Positions 31,044 to 32,000 of a stretch of 32,000 bases of DNA are shown here, in pieces (position 1 is the first letter of the stretch; each line of letters opens with the position of its first letter). A program made the position numbers and the translations under genes. Source of the DNA: Candidatus Saccharimonadota bacterium (GTDB lineage: Bacteria; Patescibacteriota; Gracilibacteria; BD1-5; UBA6164); assembly GCA_004563595.2 (NCBI GenBank), contig CP042461.1:600001-632000 (forward strand), in the 5' to 3' direction. Under the pieces are notes generated by a model. It was not told the origin of the DNA, ran no database searches, and was given only the letters and a program-made list of their open reading frames with translations.

Positions 31044-32000
31044 TTAAGCACTTATCACATTTCACTTTTTTTCATAGGATTTCTTTCATAATTTAATTTT
31101 AGGTTTTATAGTATATTTCTTTAAGATTCTATTAATTATAGATGCTTCAAGTCATTGTTCTTGTAAATATATGATTAAATTTTCTAGTAGATCATATCAA
31201 TTAAATAGTTTTCTATTCACAAGTTTGAATTGTTTCACATTATATCATTTACTTTTAGCATATTCATATTGATATAAGCTAGTTCTATCTCTTATAGTCT
31301 CTTTTGATTCTTTTTGAACTCATAGAACGGTATCAAAGAGTCAAACATATCATGTATTATTTTGAATAGTTTTTAAATATCAGTGTGACCTAGAGAGATA
31401 ATCTTTTGGAATATGTCAGTGCTGTAAATAATAACTTTTTAGATCAAATTTTACGTTAGTATATTTTTTGAGCTCTATATCTTTGTAATGTAACTCGTGT
31501 TCTGTATATCTATTGAAGTATTTTGTAAATATTCTTTGAATAGGTTTATTTCTATTCTCTAATATATCAGAGATGGAGAAATCTGTTATTCTTTTACATT
31601 CTTCGGGTCTGAGTTCTAGTTCAATTCTTCTTACATCATGATTATGTATGAGGTGAGGATAGAGGAATCATTTTTGTTTTTTCCAGGTATCAAGTATTTT
31701 ATCATAAACTCTAAATAGAAATTTACGGTTTGAATTACTTTGTGGATTATTGATATAGTAGGTTTGACTAAACTCAGGGTGTTTTTTGTCATTTCATATT
31801 TCAGAAAAGAAATTTACGTCTTTGAGGAGTTGGGATTTAATCTTTTTAATATCATAGGGTAAATCTATAGCAATATCTAACCTGTGTAAATCTGTTTTAT
31901 CATCTGTGAAAAATGCTTCATAGAATTCTTTTATGGAGAAATCTAGTTTGTCGCTCTTTTCTAAAACAAAAAAAGTAGAATAAAAAACTACTTTATCTTT
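31044..32000 (-). CDS. Rolling-circle replication initiator, Rep_trans family (RstA / pT181 RepC-like); the N-terminus lies beyond the window
   Basis: The frame is open from the window edge to TAA at 31044-31046 (957 nt). The motifs are DLHRLDIAIDLPYD, then NRKFLFRVYDKILDTWKKQ and HDVRRIELELRPEECKRI. This matches the RhDhAhD ... hRhYDK ... hRhEhEhR pattern of replication initiation factor proteins. Confidence 0.7.

Larger units (their letters stand above)
23070..32000 (-). mobile_element. Inovirus-like (filamentous phage) prophage; the right end is beyond the window and the left end may extend to the dif-like site at 21351
   Basis: Read on the minus strand the gene order is: Rep_trans initiator, small ORFs, large inverted repeat, (opposite-strand cassette), RHH regulator, SSB, small TM protein, hairpin-rich intergenic region, major-coat-like protein, hairpin, two small TM proteins, 603-aa pIII-like protein, pVI-like protein, Zot/pI ATPase, small membrane protein. 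Many start and stop codons overlap. Every gene uses TGA=Gly. Confidence 0.7.

Overview
This is a very AT-rich bacterial fragment that can only be read with genetic code 25 (TGA = Gly, and TAA/TAG are the only stops). That code points to a Gracilibacteria / Absconditabacteria (SR1)-type lineage. The supplied standard-code ORF track is therefore badly fragmented, so I re-translated by eye. All homology calls come from motif recognition, not database searches.

Positions 1-21300 are mostly chromosomal genes:
- an ABC-F ATPase
- an ECF sigma factor with an overlapping small membrane protein
- a beta-helical repeat membrane protein
- three tandem paralogous RelA/SpoT-domain genes
- a UvrD/AddA-like helicase-nuclease
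- folA-thyA, ftsH, a DedA protein, a metallophosphoesterase and murD
- a strongly expressed-looking 503-aa membrane protein that contains no TGA codon at all
- a LysM-like protein

A perfect 13-6-13 dif-like palindrome lies at 21351-21382.

To its right, from about 23070 to beyond 32000 and read on the minus strand, is an inovirus-like (filamentous phage) prophage. It carries a Rep_trans-type initiator, a compound inverted repeat, an RHH regulator, SSB, a major-coat-like protein, a pIII-like adsorption protein, a pVI-like protein and a Zot/pI ATPase. An opposite-strand two-gene cassette is embedded in it, and its larger gene looks like a Shedu (DUF4263, PD-(D/E)xK) defence nuclease.

A structured non-coding segment (22258-22470) and three perfect sigma-70 consensus promoters are also present. 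I found no rRNA, tRNA or CRISPR array.
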